Shown here in pieces: positions 9,705 to 18,951 of a DNA stretch of 49,060 bases. Position 1 is the first letter of the stretch. The number at the start of each line of letters is the position of its first letter. Source of the DNA: an uncultured Bauldia sp. (lineage in GTDB: Bacteria > Pseudomonadota > Alphaproteobacteria > Rhizobiales > Kaistiaceae). Under the pieces are notes generated by a model. It ran no database searches. It saw nothing but the letters and a program-made list of their open reading frames with translations, and was not told where the DNA came from. The translations under genes were made by a program, and so were the position numbers. The stretch lies in the NCBI GenBank assembly GCA_964610725.1, contig CAZSWL010000305.1:1-49060 (forward strand), written 5' to 3'.

Positions 9705-10416
9705 CGTGCGCGAGCACTTGGATGCGCTCGCACAGGTTCATGATCAACTCCATGTCGTGCTCCACCACGATCACCGCCAAATGGTAGCGGTGGCGGAGTT
9801 CGTCGATGAGGGCGAGCAGGGCGTGAGTCTCACCGGCATCCATTCCGGCGGCTGGCTCATCGAGCAGCAGCAGGCGCGGACCGGTTGCCAGCGCCCGCGC
9901 CAGCTCCAGACGCCGCTGGTCCGCGTAAGGCAGGTCGCCCGCCCGGCTAGCGGCCCGGTCGGTCAGCCCGACCAGTTCGAGAAGCTGACGGGCGACGACG
10001 TCGACTTCCGACTCCATTCGCTTGAGGCGCCCGGTCCCCAGAACGGCATCGATCATGTTGGTGGGATGGCGCAATTGCGCGGCAGCACGCACGTTTTCCG
10101 CCACGCTCAAGTGCTGGAACAGGCGGCTGCCCTGGAAGGTCCGCGCAATCCCGAGCCGCACAATGGCGGATGCCGAAAGCCGCTCGATCGGTTTTCCGTC
10201 GAGCAGGACCGCGCCGTGGTCGGCGCGCAAGTATCCGCTGACGAGGTTGAACAGGGTGCTCTTGCCCGAGCCGTTCGGCCCGATGACACCGACGATTTCG
10301 CCCGAATGCACGCTGATTGCGTGATCCTTGAGGGCGATGAGGCTGCGAAAGGACTTGGTAAGGCCGGTGGTGGTCAACAGCGCCTGCGCGCCGTGGCCGG
10401 CATTCATTGCAGCCAT
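9625..10416 (-). CDS. Liv-type ABC ATP-binding protein (LivG-like)
   Basis: Walker A GPNGSGKST, LPYADQRRLELARAL, LLLLDEPAAG. The track start at 10434 is TTG; first ATG is at 10416 (MAAMNAG). Confidence 0.9.
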   Translation of the reverse strand: MAAMNAGHGAQALLTTTGLTKSFRSLIALKDHAISVHSGEIVGVIGPNGSGKSTLFNLVSGYLRADHGAVLLDGKPIERLSASAIVRLGIARTFQGSRLFQHLSVAENVRAAAQLRHPTNMIDAVLGTGRLKRMESEVDVVARQLLELVGLTDRAASRAGDLPYADQRRLELARALATGPRLLLLDEPAAGMDAGETHALLALIDELRHRYHLAVIVVEHDMELIMNLCERIQVLAHGERIFEGTPSEVQANPRVREVYLGQT

Positions 10417-10577
10417 TCCCCCGACAAGCTCCAACCCTCTGGCGGATCAAAGCTTCCATGAGCGCGCGGTTCAAGTCAAACGTGCTATGCCGATGCCGCC
10501 GCCCCGGCCTTGACCGCCGATGCCGTCCTGGACTAGCTGGCCGCCTGGTGGCGGGCTGGCCACTGAGGGTGAACGCG

Positions 10578-11885
10578 ATGCTGCGCGAGCCGCTTGTCCT
10601 GGTCTGTACCTGCGAGATCGCCGGCCGCGTGCGGGGCAAGGGTTTTCCGGCGAGCGAGCTGCCTTCACGGTTGACGAAGGGGGTGGGCTGGGTACCCACC
10701 AACACCATGATCTCGGCGCTCGGGCTGATCGGCGACACGCCATTCGGCGCCACCGGCGACCTGATCCTGGTTCCCGACCCCGACACCAAGGTCCACGTCG
10801 ATTTCGACGACGGGAGCGCCGAGGAGCACTGGTATCTCGGCGATATCCGCCATACCGACGGAAGACCCTGGGAGTGCTGCCCGCGCGCATTCCTGCGCCG
10901 GGCGCTCAAGGCATTGTACGAGGTGGCAGGTCTTCAGCTACGGGCAGCCTTCGAGCACGAGTTGATGTATGCCGGCGTCGAGAATCTGCCGGGAGCGCCC
11001 TACACCCTCGACGCCTACCGTCGCCAGGGCCTCTTCGGCGAGGTCCTGGTTGCGGCCATGCGCCAGGCGGGCGTGGAGCCGGATTCGTTCCTGCCCGAGT
11101 ATGGCGCGCGCCAATACGAGGTGACGGCTGCGCCACAGCTCGGGTTGAAAGCGGCCGACGACGCGGTGAAAGTGCGCGAGCTCGCGCGCGCGACGGCGTT
11201 CCGGCTTGGCCACCGCGCGACGTTCGCACCGATTCTCGATCCCAACGGCACCGGCAACGGCGTTCACATACACTTCAGCTTCGCCGACGCCGCCGGCCGG
11301 CCGGCGACCAATGACGCCAACGCCGCCTACGGGCTGACCCCCGTCGCCCAACACTTCATGGCCGGGGTGATTGCCCATCTTCCGGCGTTGTGCGCGATAA
11401 CCGCACCCTGTCCGATTTCGTACATCCGGCTGAGGCCGAACCGCTGGGCCCCGACCTGGGCCTACATTGCCGAGCGCGACCGCGAGGCGTCGCTGAGGGT
11501 GTGCCCGATCCTCGACGTCGCCGGGCTCCCGGCTGCAAGCCAACTGAACGTCGAGTTTCGTCCTGGCGACGCTGCCGCCAGTCCCTATCTCGCGCTCGGC
11601 GCCGTGGTCCACGCCGGGGTCGACGGCATCCGCCGCAAGCTGCCGCTGGCCGAGCCGCGCGACATCGCCTCGCTGCCCGAAGACAAGCGCGCCGCGGCCG
11701 GTCTTCATCATCTGCCGCAGTCGCTCGGCGAAGCGCTCGACTGCCTTGCGGCGAGCGAGCAAGCCGCTGAATGGTTCGGGCCCGTCTATCTTGACGCCTA
11801 TCTCCGCCACAAGCGCTCGGAAATCAAAATGGTGGCTGACCTCAGCGAACAGGAGCAATGCGACCGGTACGCCCTCAGCTATTGA
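10578..11885 (+). CDS. Glutamine synthetase catalytic-domain family ligase (second, divergent paralogue)
   Basis: Start taken at ATG 10578 (MLREPLVLV). Motifs FEHELMY, EYGARQYEV, GTGNGVHIHFSF, EFRPGDAAASPYL. Divergent from the Liv-type operon. Confidence 0.8.
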   Translation: MLREPLVLVCTCEIAGRVRGKGFPASELPSRLTKGVGWVPTNTMISALGLIGDTPFGATGDLILVPDPDTKVHVDFDDGSAEEHWYLGDIRHTDGRPWECCPRAFLRRALKALYEVAGLQLRAAFEHELMYAGVENLPGAPYTLDAYRRQGLFGEVLVAAMRQAGVEPDSFLPEYGARQYEVTAAPQLGLKAADDAVKVRELARATAFRLGHRATFAPILDPNGTGNGVHIHFSFADAAGRPATNDANAAYGLTPVAQHFMAGVIAHLPALCAITAPCPISYIRLRPNRWAPTWAYIAERDREASLRVCPILDVAGLPAASQLNVEFRPGDAAASPYLALGAVVHAGVDGIRRKLPLAEPRDIASLPEDKRAAAGLHHLPQSLGEALDCLAASEQAAEWFGPVYLDAYLRHKRSEIKMVADLSEQEQCDRYALSY

Positions 11886-12520
11886 GCCCCGGCAAGGGCG
11901 AGCCATGCCCCGGTGGTCATGGTGCGGCAATAACCCTCGAAGCAGGCAAGGGCCGCGTCATGTCGCGCCGTGGTGTCGGCCATGCAGGCGTCGGCGAGGC
12001 AGGTGACGTAGTAGCCGCGGTCGGCGGCATCCTTAACAGTGTGGTCGATGCACTGGTCGGTGAGGAATCCCGTGACCACCAGATCCGCGATGCCGAGATT
12101 GCGCAAGAGATAGTCGATGTTGGTGGAATTGAAGACGCTCGAAGACGTTTTGGCGAGAACGATCTCGTCGGCGCCGGGCGCGATCGTGTCGATCACCTTG
12201 GCCTGCCACGAACCCTTGGCGACGAAGAAATCGGAGAGCTTGTAGTCGAGGCTGCGGTCTCGGCCGTCGCGCGTCAGGTTCTCGATGACGGTGTAGATCA
12301 CTTCCACGCCGAGCCCACGGCTGGCTGCAATCAGCCGCTGCAGGTTGGGAACGACGATATCCCTCGCCGTGCGATAGAACTCCGGCCTGATGTCGTTCTG
12401 GGCAGCGTTGAAGGTGGCGTTCTGCACGTCGACGATCAGGAGCGCCGTGCGCTCAGGGACCAGCGGACGCTCACGCGTCAGCTCGCCGGTGCTTGCAAGT
12501 GCACCGCTGCCGGTGGGCAT
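11879..12520 (-). CDS. Isochorismatase-like cysteine hydrolase (amidohydrolase), paralogue 1
   Basis: 213 aa. Catalytic D/K/C pattern: LLIVDVQN, LAKTSSSVF, VTGFLTDQCI. Confidence 0.85.
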   Translation of the reverse strand: MPTGSGALASTGELTRERPLVPERTALLIVDVQNATFNAAQNDIRPEFYRTARDIVVPNLQRLIAASRGLGVEVIYTVIENLTRDGRDRSLDYKLSDFFVAKGSWQAKVIDTIAPGADEIVLAKTSSSVFNSTNIDYLLRNLGIADLVVTGFLTDQCIDHTVKDAADRGYYVTCLADACMADTTARHDAALACFEGYCRTMTTGAWLALAGAQ

Positions 12521-12561
12521 GATCAGCGATCCTCCGCAATGCGTTTCGCAGGAGTGGCATC

Positions 12562-13353
12562 ATGTCGCGGACGATGACACCGCCTTTGCTCGCGCCCGAC
12601 GAGCCAGCGCCGGTCGAGGTCGACCGGCCGGATGGCCGATCGCCGTTGTTCCTCACCTGCGATCACGGCGGCCGGCGGATACCGCGGAGCCTCGGAACCC
12701 TCGGACTGCCGGAAAGCGAGCTTCAACGGCACATCGCTTGGGATATCGGGGTGCTGGCGGTCGCCCGAATGATGTCGCAACAACTCGACGCCACCCTCAT
12801 CGCGCAAACATATTCGCGCCTGGTCATTGACTGTAATCGCGATCTGTCCGTGGCCAGCTCCATCTGCGAGGTCAGCGAGCACACCGAGATTCCCGGCAAT
12901 CTCGACATCTCGCCGGACGATCGTCGCGCCCGCCAGAAGGAGCTGTTCTGGCCCTACCACAATCGCATCGCCGCCGCCCTCGACCAGCGCGGCGTCGCCG
13001 GCAGGCCGACCGTTCTCGTTGCCATGCACAGCTTCACCCCCGTGTTCAAGGCATCGTCGCGACACTGGCACATCGCCGTGCTCTACCACCGCGACCGTGC
13101 CTTCGCCGGTATCATGCTCGACCTCTTGCGCGAAGAAGGCGACCTCGTCGTCGGTGACAACGAGCCCTACTTCGTCAGCGATCTGACCGACTATGATATT
13201 CCGATCCACGGCGAGCGGCGCGGTATTCCCCACGTCGAGCTTGAGATTCGGCAAGATCTGATCACCGACGATGACGGCCAACGGGCCTGGGCTGACCGGC
13301 TGGCGCGCCTGCTGCCCAAGGCCTGCCGTCTGTTCGGCATCACCGCGGATTGA
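12562..13353 (+). CDS. N-formylglutamate amidohydrolase (FGase) family hydrolase
   Basis: 263 aa with family strings LTCDHGGRRIP, HIAWDIG, YSRLVIDCNR, IPGN, MHSFTP, VGDNEPY, ELEIRQDLI. Confidence 0.85.
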   Translation: MSRTMTPPLLAPDEPAPVEVDRPDGRSPLFLTCDHGGRRIPRSLGTLGLPESELQRHIAWDIGVLAVARMMSQQLDATLIAQTYSRLVIDCNRDLSVASSICEVSEHTEIPGNLDISPDDRRARQKELFWPYHNRIAAALDQRGVAGRPTVLVAMHSFTPVFKASSRHWHIAVLYHRDRAFAGIMLDLLREEGDLVVGDNEPYFVSDLTDYDIPIHGERRGIPHVELEIRQDLITDDDGQRAWADRLARLLPKACRLFGITAD

Positions 13354-13354
13354 C

Positions 13355-14023
13355 ATGATGGCCACCCGCTACGACTACCCCGCCACGCGCGACCTGCCGG
13401 TCGAGCCTGACCGCACGACCCTGCTGTTCATCGACGTCCAGAATTTCTGCGCCGAGCGCAACGGCGGCGAATACGCCGGCCTGTCGCCGCAAGCGCTCGA
13501 GGAGCAGCACGGATACTACTTCAATGAACTGGAGCGCCGCGTCGTGCCCAACATGGCACGCCTCCAGGCGGGATGCCGCCGCGCCGGCATCGAGGTGATG
13601 TACACCGTCATTCGCAATCTGACCCGTGACGGCCGCGACCGCGGCCTCGACTACAAGATCACCGGCTTCAACGTTCCGCCCGATTCGTGGGACGGTCAGG
13701 TGATCGATGCCCTCAAGCCGCTCGACGACGAGATCGTCATCGCCAAGACCAGCTCGAACGTCTTCTGCTCGACCAACATCGACTACCTCATGAGGAATCT
13801 CGGCACGCAATACCTGGTGATCAGTGGCGTGGTCACGGACCAATGTGTGGAGGGGGCTGTGCGTTCGGCCTGCGACCTCGGCTACCTGGTGACGCTGATC
13901 GGCGACGCATGCGCCACCGGCAGCCGGGAACGTCACGACAATTCGCTCCGCGCCATCAGGGGGTATTGCCGCCAGCGCACCACCGACGAGTTCCTGCGCG
14001 AAATCGCCGGCGACGGTGGGTAG
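13355..14023 (+). CDS. Isochorismatase-like cysteine hydrolase (amidohydrolase), paralogue 2
   Basis: Start ATG 13355, 1 nt after the FGase stop. LLFIDVQN, IAKTSSNVF, ISGVVTDQCV. Confidence 0.85.
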   Translation: MMATRYDYPATRDLPVEPDRTTLLFIDVQNFCAERNGGEYAGLSPQALEEQHGYYFNELERRVVPNMARLQAGCRRAGIEVMYTVIRNLTRDGRDRGLDYKITGFNVPPDSWDGQVIDALKPLDDEIVIAKTSSNVFCSTNIDYLMRNLGTQYLVISGVVTDQCVEGAVRSACDLGYLVTLIGDACATGSRERHDNSLRAIRGYCRQRTTDEFLREIAGDGG

Positions 14024-14155
14024 CCCGGCGGTGAACGCGGCGGACGGAGCCGCACGGACCATGCGCTCCGCGCGGCCATTGCCTCTGTCGAAAGGCCGTC
14101 AGATCGGCATTGCGAATCGCGGAACCTGGTTGGGCGGAGAGTGTTTGGCGGCAGG

Positions 14156-15166
14156 CTAAGTGTCGCGCCAGCCCCATCGCGCCGCCAGCGCCAGACATTC
14201 TCGCCAGGCCACGACCGAACCGGTGGTGGTCAACGCTCGCAGGCTGGCCGCGGCGCTGGCGTGGGCCAGGCTGACTGCATCGTCGAGCGACCATCCTTCG
14301 TGGACGGCAAACAAGATGCCGGCGGCAAAGGCGTCACCGGCGCCGTTGGTGCCGGCTATGTCCTCGAGCGGTACGCGGACCGACGGTTTGTGCAGGAGCC
14401 GGCCATCACGGGTGGCGGCGACACACCCTTCCGGGAAATGAATGATCGCCAGTTCCACCGCGCCAAGAGCGAGGATCGCTTTGGCCGCCTCGGCGCACGC
14501 CGCCTGATCGGTCGCTTCCTCGCGGACCGTCTCGATTCCGGCCACCGCGCCGGCTTCGTAGTCGTCAATGATTATGAAGTCGAGATATGGGAGGCAGGGA
14601 CGGGCCAGCCGTGCCAGCCGCTCGGCAGTGACCGAGCAAAGCTCCATGTTGGTCTCGAGCCCCATCTGTTTCGCCTGCTTCAACACCGTCACCCAGCCGG
14701 ACGGGTCATCGCCGCAAGGCGCATCGAGGGTGGCCATCACACCCGGCAGACCGAGATGCAGAATGCGCGCGTTTGTGTGCCCAAAATCGAAATGATCCGG
14801 GCCGACGATGTCGTGGGTCCCGTGAAAATGGAAGAAGGTCCGCTTGCCGCTGTGCACGCTCATCACGTCGGTGAAGGCGGTGGTCGGACCGGGAACGACA
14901 TGGAACTGCTCGGTACCGATGCCGAGCTCGTCGCAGAGGCGCCTAAGCAAGAGGCCATCGGCGTCGTCGCCGACCAGCGCGATCGCCTCGACCGGGAACG
15001 GCACGCCGAGTTTCTTGAGATCGACGGCCATGTTGGCACCGCTGCCGCCGCCGCCGCGCTCGATCGACAGGATCGTGGCGACGGCCTCTTGTTCCGGCCA
15101 GCGGTCGACCAGGTTGTTGTGGTCGGCGCACCACGCTCCACCACACACAACGCCTTGTCGACTCAT
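14156..15166 (-). CDS. PfkB-family carbohydrate kinase
   Basis: 336 aa. GGGGSGANMA near the N-terminus and TNGAGDAFAAG near the C-terminus (ribokinase-like ATP site). Last gene of the CUT1 operon. Confidence 0.85.
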   Translation of the reverse strand: MSRQGVVCGGAWCADHNNLVDRWPEQEAVATILSIERGGGGSGANMAVDLKKLGVPFPVEAIALVGDDADGLLLRRLCDELGIGTEQFHVVPGPTTAFTDVMSVHSGKRTFFHFHGTHDIVGPDHFDFGHTNARILHLGLPGVMATLDAPCGDDPSGWVTVLKQAKQMGLETNMELCSVTAERLARLARPCLPYLDFIIIDDYEAGAVAGIETVREEATDQAACAEAAKAILALGAVELAIIHFPEGCVAATRDGRLLHKPSVRVPLEDIAGTNGAGDAFAAGILFAVHEGWSLDDAVSLAHASAAASLRALTTTGSVVAWRECLALAARWGWRDT

Positions 15167-15220
15167 GTCAGCGGCTTTCGGCGCTACCGATGTTGTGCAC
15201 GGGGACCTGTTGTTGCGAAC

Positions 15221-16075
15221 TCAGCCTTTCACCGCGCCGAACGAGAGGCCGCGGGCGAGATAGCGCTGCACGAAGAAATAAAGGATGACTGGCGGCAGCA
15301 CGCCGATCAGGGTGTTGACCGAGGCGACATTGAAATCGACGCCGCGCGTCGAGCGCGAGGCAAGCACGAGCGCGGAGAAAGTCGTGGCGCTTTGCGAGGT
15401 CAGCGCCGCGGAAAACAGCGCCTCGTTCCAGGTGAAGGCAAAAATCAGAACCGAGGTGACCACAAGCCCGTCGACCGAAAGCGGCAGCGAGACTTTCCAG
15501 AAGACCTGCCACGGTCGCGCCCCTTCCACCTTCGCCGCATCCTCGATCTCGGTGCTCACGTCGCGGAAAATGTCGCGCATGATCACGACGGCAAAGGCGA
15601 GGTTGAAGGTGGAGTTGCAGAAGATCAGGCCGGTCCAGGTGTCGATAAGGCGCAGGTGGACCAGGAGCAGGTAGAACGGAACCAGGACCACCGCCGGCGG
15701 CAACACGCGTTGCGACAGGAACCAGAGGGCGATGTCGTTGGAGCCGATCGGGAACCGGAAACGGGCGAGCGCGTAGGCGGCCGGGACGCCAAGGATGAGT
15801 CCAAAAATTGTCGTGCCTAGGCTGACCACCATGCTGCTGACAAAGGCGTTTTCCACCTGCGGGTCTTCCAGCACCCCGCGCCAGGAATCGAGGGTCGGTT
15901 GGAAGTTGACGAATGGAATGACCGCGCCGGGCAGGAAGGTGTCGGCGCTGGTCTTGATCGAATTGACCGCCGCCCAAAGGAAGGGCAGCAGCGTGAACAC
16001 CACCGCGGAGATCAGGAGAAAATAGACGACCACACGCGACCACAGCGACGATCGCAGCCACAGCACGTTGATCAT
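15221..16075 (-). CDS. CUT1 sugar ABC transporter permease (MalG-like)
   Basis: 284 aa. EAA-loop region IEDAAKVEGARPWQVFWKVSLP. Confidence 0.9.
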   Translation of the reverse strand: MINVLWLRSSLWSRVVVYFLLISAVVFTLLPFLWAAVNSIKTSADTFLPGAVIPFVNFQPTLDSWRGVLEDPQVENAFVSSMVVSLGTTIFGLILGVPAAYALARFRFPIGSNDIALWFLSQRVLPPAVVLVPFYLLLVHLRLIDTWTGLIFCNSTFNLAFAVVIMRDIFRDVSTEIEDAAKVEGARPWQVFWKVSLPLSVDGLVVTSVLIFAFTWNEALFSAALTSQSATTFSALVLASRSTRGVDFNVASVNTLIGVLPPVILYFFVQRYLARGLSFGAVKG

Positions 16076-16093
16076 GATGGCCTCCGCGGACGA

Positions 16094-16978
16094 TCAGTCG
16101 AGCGCTTTGCGCATTTGCCTGAAGAAAACGGTAATGATCACCGCCACCATGATGAGGAAGACGATGCCCATGGCCGAGCCTTTGCCGAAGTCGAAAAACT
16201 GAATCGTGGTCAGATAATCGGTTGCGCTGAATACCTCGGTACTCGCCCCCGGCCCGCCCGTGGTCAGCGCATAGGGAATGGCAAATACCTTCAGGCACTC
16301 CACGATGCGCAGCAGGATGGCGATGGTTGTCACCGGCCACGCCAGTGGCAGCCCGATCCGCCACATTACCTGCCAGTGGTTTTTGGCGTCCAGGATGGCG
16401 GCGTCGTAAAGGTCGGACGGAATGCTGCCGAGAGCGGCGAGGACGATCAGGAAAACGAACGATGTCCACCGCCATATATCGAGGATGATTGCCGCGGAGA
16501 TGCCGCCGGCCGGTGTCGACAGCCACGGAATGTGAATGCCGATCAGGCCAAGAACCACCGCGACGACGCCGCCTTGCGAGCTGAACATGGTCACCCCGAG
16601 GTAGCCGATGGCGACCTCAAGGGCGAACAGAGGCATGCCGATGATGGTGCGGAAACCGCGCGAACCGGGCGCGCCGAGGCTGACCAGCCAGGCGGCGAGA
16701 AAGCCGAGGACGACCTCAACCGGAACGGTGACGACGACGTAGATCGCCGTCACCATGATGCTGTGCCAGAAGCGATGGTCGGTGAGAACGTTCTCGTAGT
16801 TGGCGAAACCGACATAGCCGGTAATGCCCTCGCCCAGCACGTAATTGGCAAAGCTGTACTGGATGACCGATATGAGCGGCAGGAAAGTGAACGCGATCAC
16901 CCAAATGACCGCCGGGAGCAGCAGCACATACTTGAAGACGGCGCCGTACTCCCTCCGTCTCACCGCGACCGCGGCCAT
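16094..16978 (-). CDS. CUT1 sugar ABC transporter permease (MalF-like)
   Basis: 294 aa. LYDAAILDAKNHWQVMWRIGLPL EAA-loop; multiple TM segments. Confidence 0.9.
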   Translation of the reverse strand: MAAVAVRRREYGAVFKYVLLLPAVIWVIAFTFLPLISVIQYSFANYVLGEGITGYVGFANYENVLTDHRFWHSIMVTAIYVVVTVPVEVVLGFLAAWLVSLGAPGSRGFRTIIGMPLFALEVAIGYLGVTMFSSQGGVVAVVLGLIGIHIPWLSTPAGGISAAIILDIWRWTSFVFLIVLAALGSIPSDLYDAAILDAKNHWQVMWRIGLPLAWPVTTIAILLRIVECLKVFAIPYALTTGGPGASTEVFSATDYLTTIQFFDFGKGSAMGIVFLIMVAVIITVFFRQMRKALD

Positions 16979-17052
16979 GCGGGTTCCTTTCGCGTCAATT
17001 CAAAGCCCGCGCCGGCGAACCGGCGCGGGCAGCATCGCATTGTATGCGCCAA

Positions 17053-18699
17053 TTACGCGAACGAAGCCTCGTACAGCGCCTTCTGCTTGTCGCGGCCGTA
17101 ACGGTCGGTGATCTTGTCCCACGCGGCCGCGGTGGCGTCGAGCGCATCCTTGGGCTTCATCTGGCCGCCGAGAACCGCCGAGACATTGACGTCGAGCTCG
17201 TGCCAGTACTCGGCCGTGCCGGGGATGCGCAGATACTGCTCGGTGACCGGTGCGCTGACCACCGAGTAGTAGCCCTTGAGGTACTCCGTCACGTCGTCGG
17301 TGTTCCAGCCCTGCGCCTTGAACTCGGCCAGCGTGGCGGTGCCCACCGGCGGCAGATACTCAAACTTCATGCCCGGTTGCACGCCGGTCCAGCCGTTGGT
17401 GGCGTTGAAGAAGGCGTTCTTCTTGTTGGCCATGAAGGCAAGGAAGTCGTAGGTCGCCTCCTGCTTCTTCGACAACCGCGAAATGACGCAGTGCCAAGAG
17501 CCGCCGTTGGTGTTGCCGACCTGATTGAGGTCGTACTTCTTCCACTCGCCGCTGATCGGGTTGAACGCCTCGGTGGTGCCGGGGATACCGGCCGCTCCGA
17601 TCTTGCCCTGGACCTTCGAGGTCTTCGGGTCCTGAGCGAGCGTCGGCAGGTCGCCCCACGTCGGCTCCATCGCCGAGTGACCGGCAAGGAACAGGTTCCA
17701 GCCCTGGCCGAGGGTCCAGGCGATCTCCTCGCGGGGACCATCGGCGAGCAACTTGACGTAATCCTCCAGCGCCCGCAGATGCCCTTCCGAGTTGATCAGC
17801 GGCTGCATCTTATCGGGGTTGAAGAAATAGTACTTGTTGTCCGGCGAGATCACATACGGCGCCGACAAACTGAGGAAGTGGAAGAAGCCCTGCTCGTTGA
17901 CCTTGGCGTGGAGCGCCAAGCCATAGCAGTTGGTGCCGTCACCGTTCCAGTCCCAGCCGGTGAAGAACTCGGCTGCGTCGTGCAACTCCTTCATCAGCTT
18001 GGGCGGGTTGGGGAAGTCGTAGCCGTACTTGGCCTTGAACTTGGCCTGAACGTCGCTGTTGTCGAAGATGTCCTTCCGGTAATAGAGGGTCTGCGCGTCG
18101 GCGTCGAACAGCACGCCGTAGAGCTTGCCGCCCCACTCGTACAGACGCCTCATCGCCGGCAGGAATTGGCTCGGATCCCAGTAGGGGTGCTTCGGGTCGC
18201 CGAGGAACTTGTCGATCTCGACGATGTAGGGCGTCTTCGGAACGAAAAAGTCGCCGTAGTACCAGGCGCCGGTCATGTAGGCGTCGTATTTGCCGAGGCC
18301 GCTCGCGAGATCCGAGAAGATCTGCTGGTGTAGCGTCTCGATCGGCACCTCGGCGACATTGATCTTGCCGCCGGTCTCTTCCTCCCAATGCGGCACGTGA
18401 TACTTGAGGCCGTCGCCGACGGTCGCCTTCAGCACCATGACGTTGATGGTGGTTCCCTTGTAGGGCTTGGTCTTGAGGAAGTCGACGCGCTCCTGGGTTA
18501 CCGGCGACTCGTATTTGGCCTCGGGGGCCGAATCCATCAGTTTGCCGGCCGCCCAGCTCGGTCGCGTCAGCCTGGTGAGGACGGCGGCGGACAGGCCGAG
18601 TTGCATTCCCTTGATGATGAATTCGCGCCGCCCCATCCGGCCGCGCATGAACGCGTGAGCCAGTTGCGCGAACTTGTCGGCATTGTCATGATCGGTCAT
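17053..18699 (-). CDS. Extracellular solute-binding protein family 1, unusually long (548 aa), twin-arginine signal
   Basis: N-terminus MTDHDNADKFAQLAHAFMRGRMGRREFIIKGMQLGLSAAVLTRLTRPSWAAG (RREF Tat motif). ATG 18699 is preceded by a GGGAGGAAG complement. Confidence 0.85.
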   Translation of the reverse strand: MTDHDNADKFAQLAHAFMRGRMGRREFIIKGMQLGLSAAVLTRLTRPSWAAGKLMDSAPEAKYESPVTQERVDFLKTKPYKGTTINVMVLKATVGDGLKYHVPHWEEETGGKINVAEVPIETLHQQIFSDLASGLGKYDAYMTGAWYYGDFFVPKTPYIVEIDKFLGDPKHPYWDPSQFLPAMRRLYEWGGKLYGVLFDADAQTLYYRKDIFDNSDVQAKFKAKYGYDFPNPPKLMKELHDAAEFFTGWDWNGDGTNCYGLALHAKVNEQGFFHFLSLSAPYVISPDNKYYFFNPDKMQPLINSEGHLRALEDYVKLLADGPREEIAWTLGQGWNLFLAGHSAMEPTWGDLPTLAQDPKTSKVQGKIGAAGIPGTTEAFNPISGEWKKYDLNQVGNTNGGSWHCVISRLSKKQEATYDFLAFMANKKNAFFNATNGWTGVQPGMKFEYLPPVGTATLAEFKAQGWNTDDVTEYLKGYYSVVSAPVTEQYLRIPGTAEYWHELDVNVSAVLGGQMKPKDALDATAAAWDKITDRYGRDKQKALYEASFA

Positions 18700-18951
18700 C
18701 AGCTTCCTCCCTGGCTATTGCTGCCGTCTCACACAAGCAGCCTCTAGCATCGTGTTGTCGTTGGGAAAAAATCTACCGCCCCATCTACGGAGCGGTCAAT
18801 AGGGCCTTCTGTCCCAAGCCGGCCGGCCACAAGCTGCGGGCGAAAGCGAGTGGACAGCGGTGCCGCGGCCGTGCATCTATTGCAGGTCGAACGCCGATGT
18901 TCACTTGTATTGTTCTTGGGTGGCCCGGTTCAACGCGATGCGAGGTAGCTG

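Noticed and set aside
14156-15166. The PfkB kinase as the missing iolC.
   Set aside because: It sits 23 kb from the iol genes inside an unrelated CUT1 operon. As I recall, rhizobial IolC proteins are much longer, with an extra C-terminal domain. No sequence-specific evidence links it to 5-dehydro-2-deoxygluconate.
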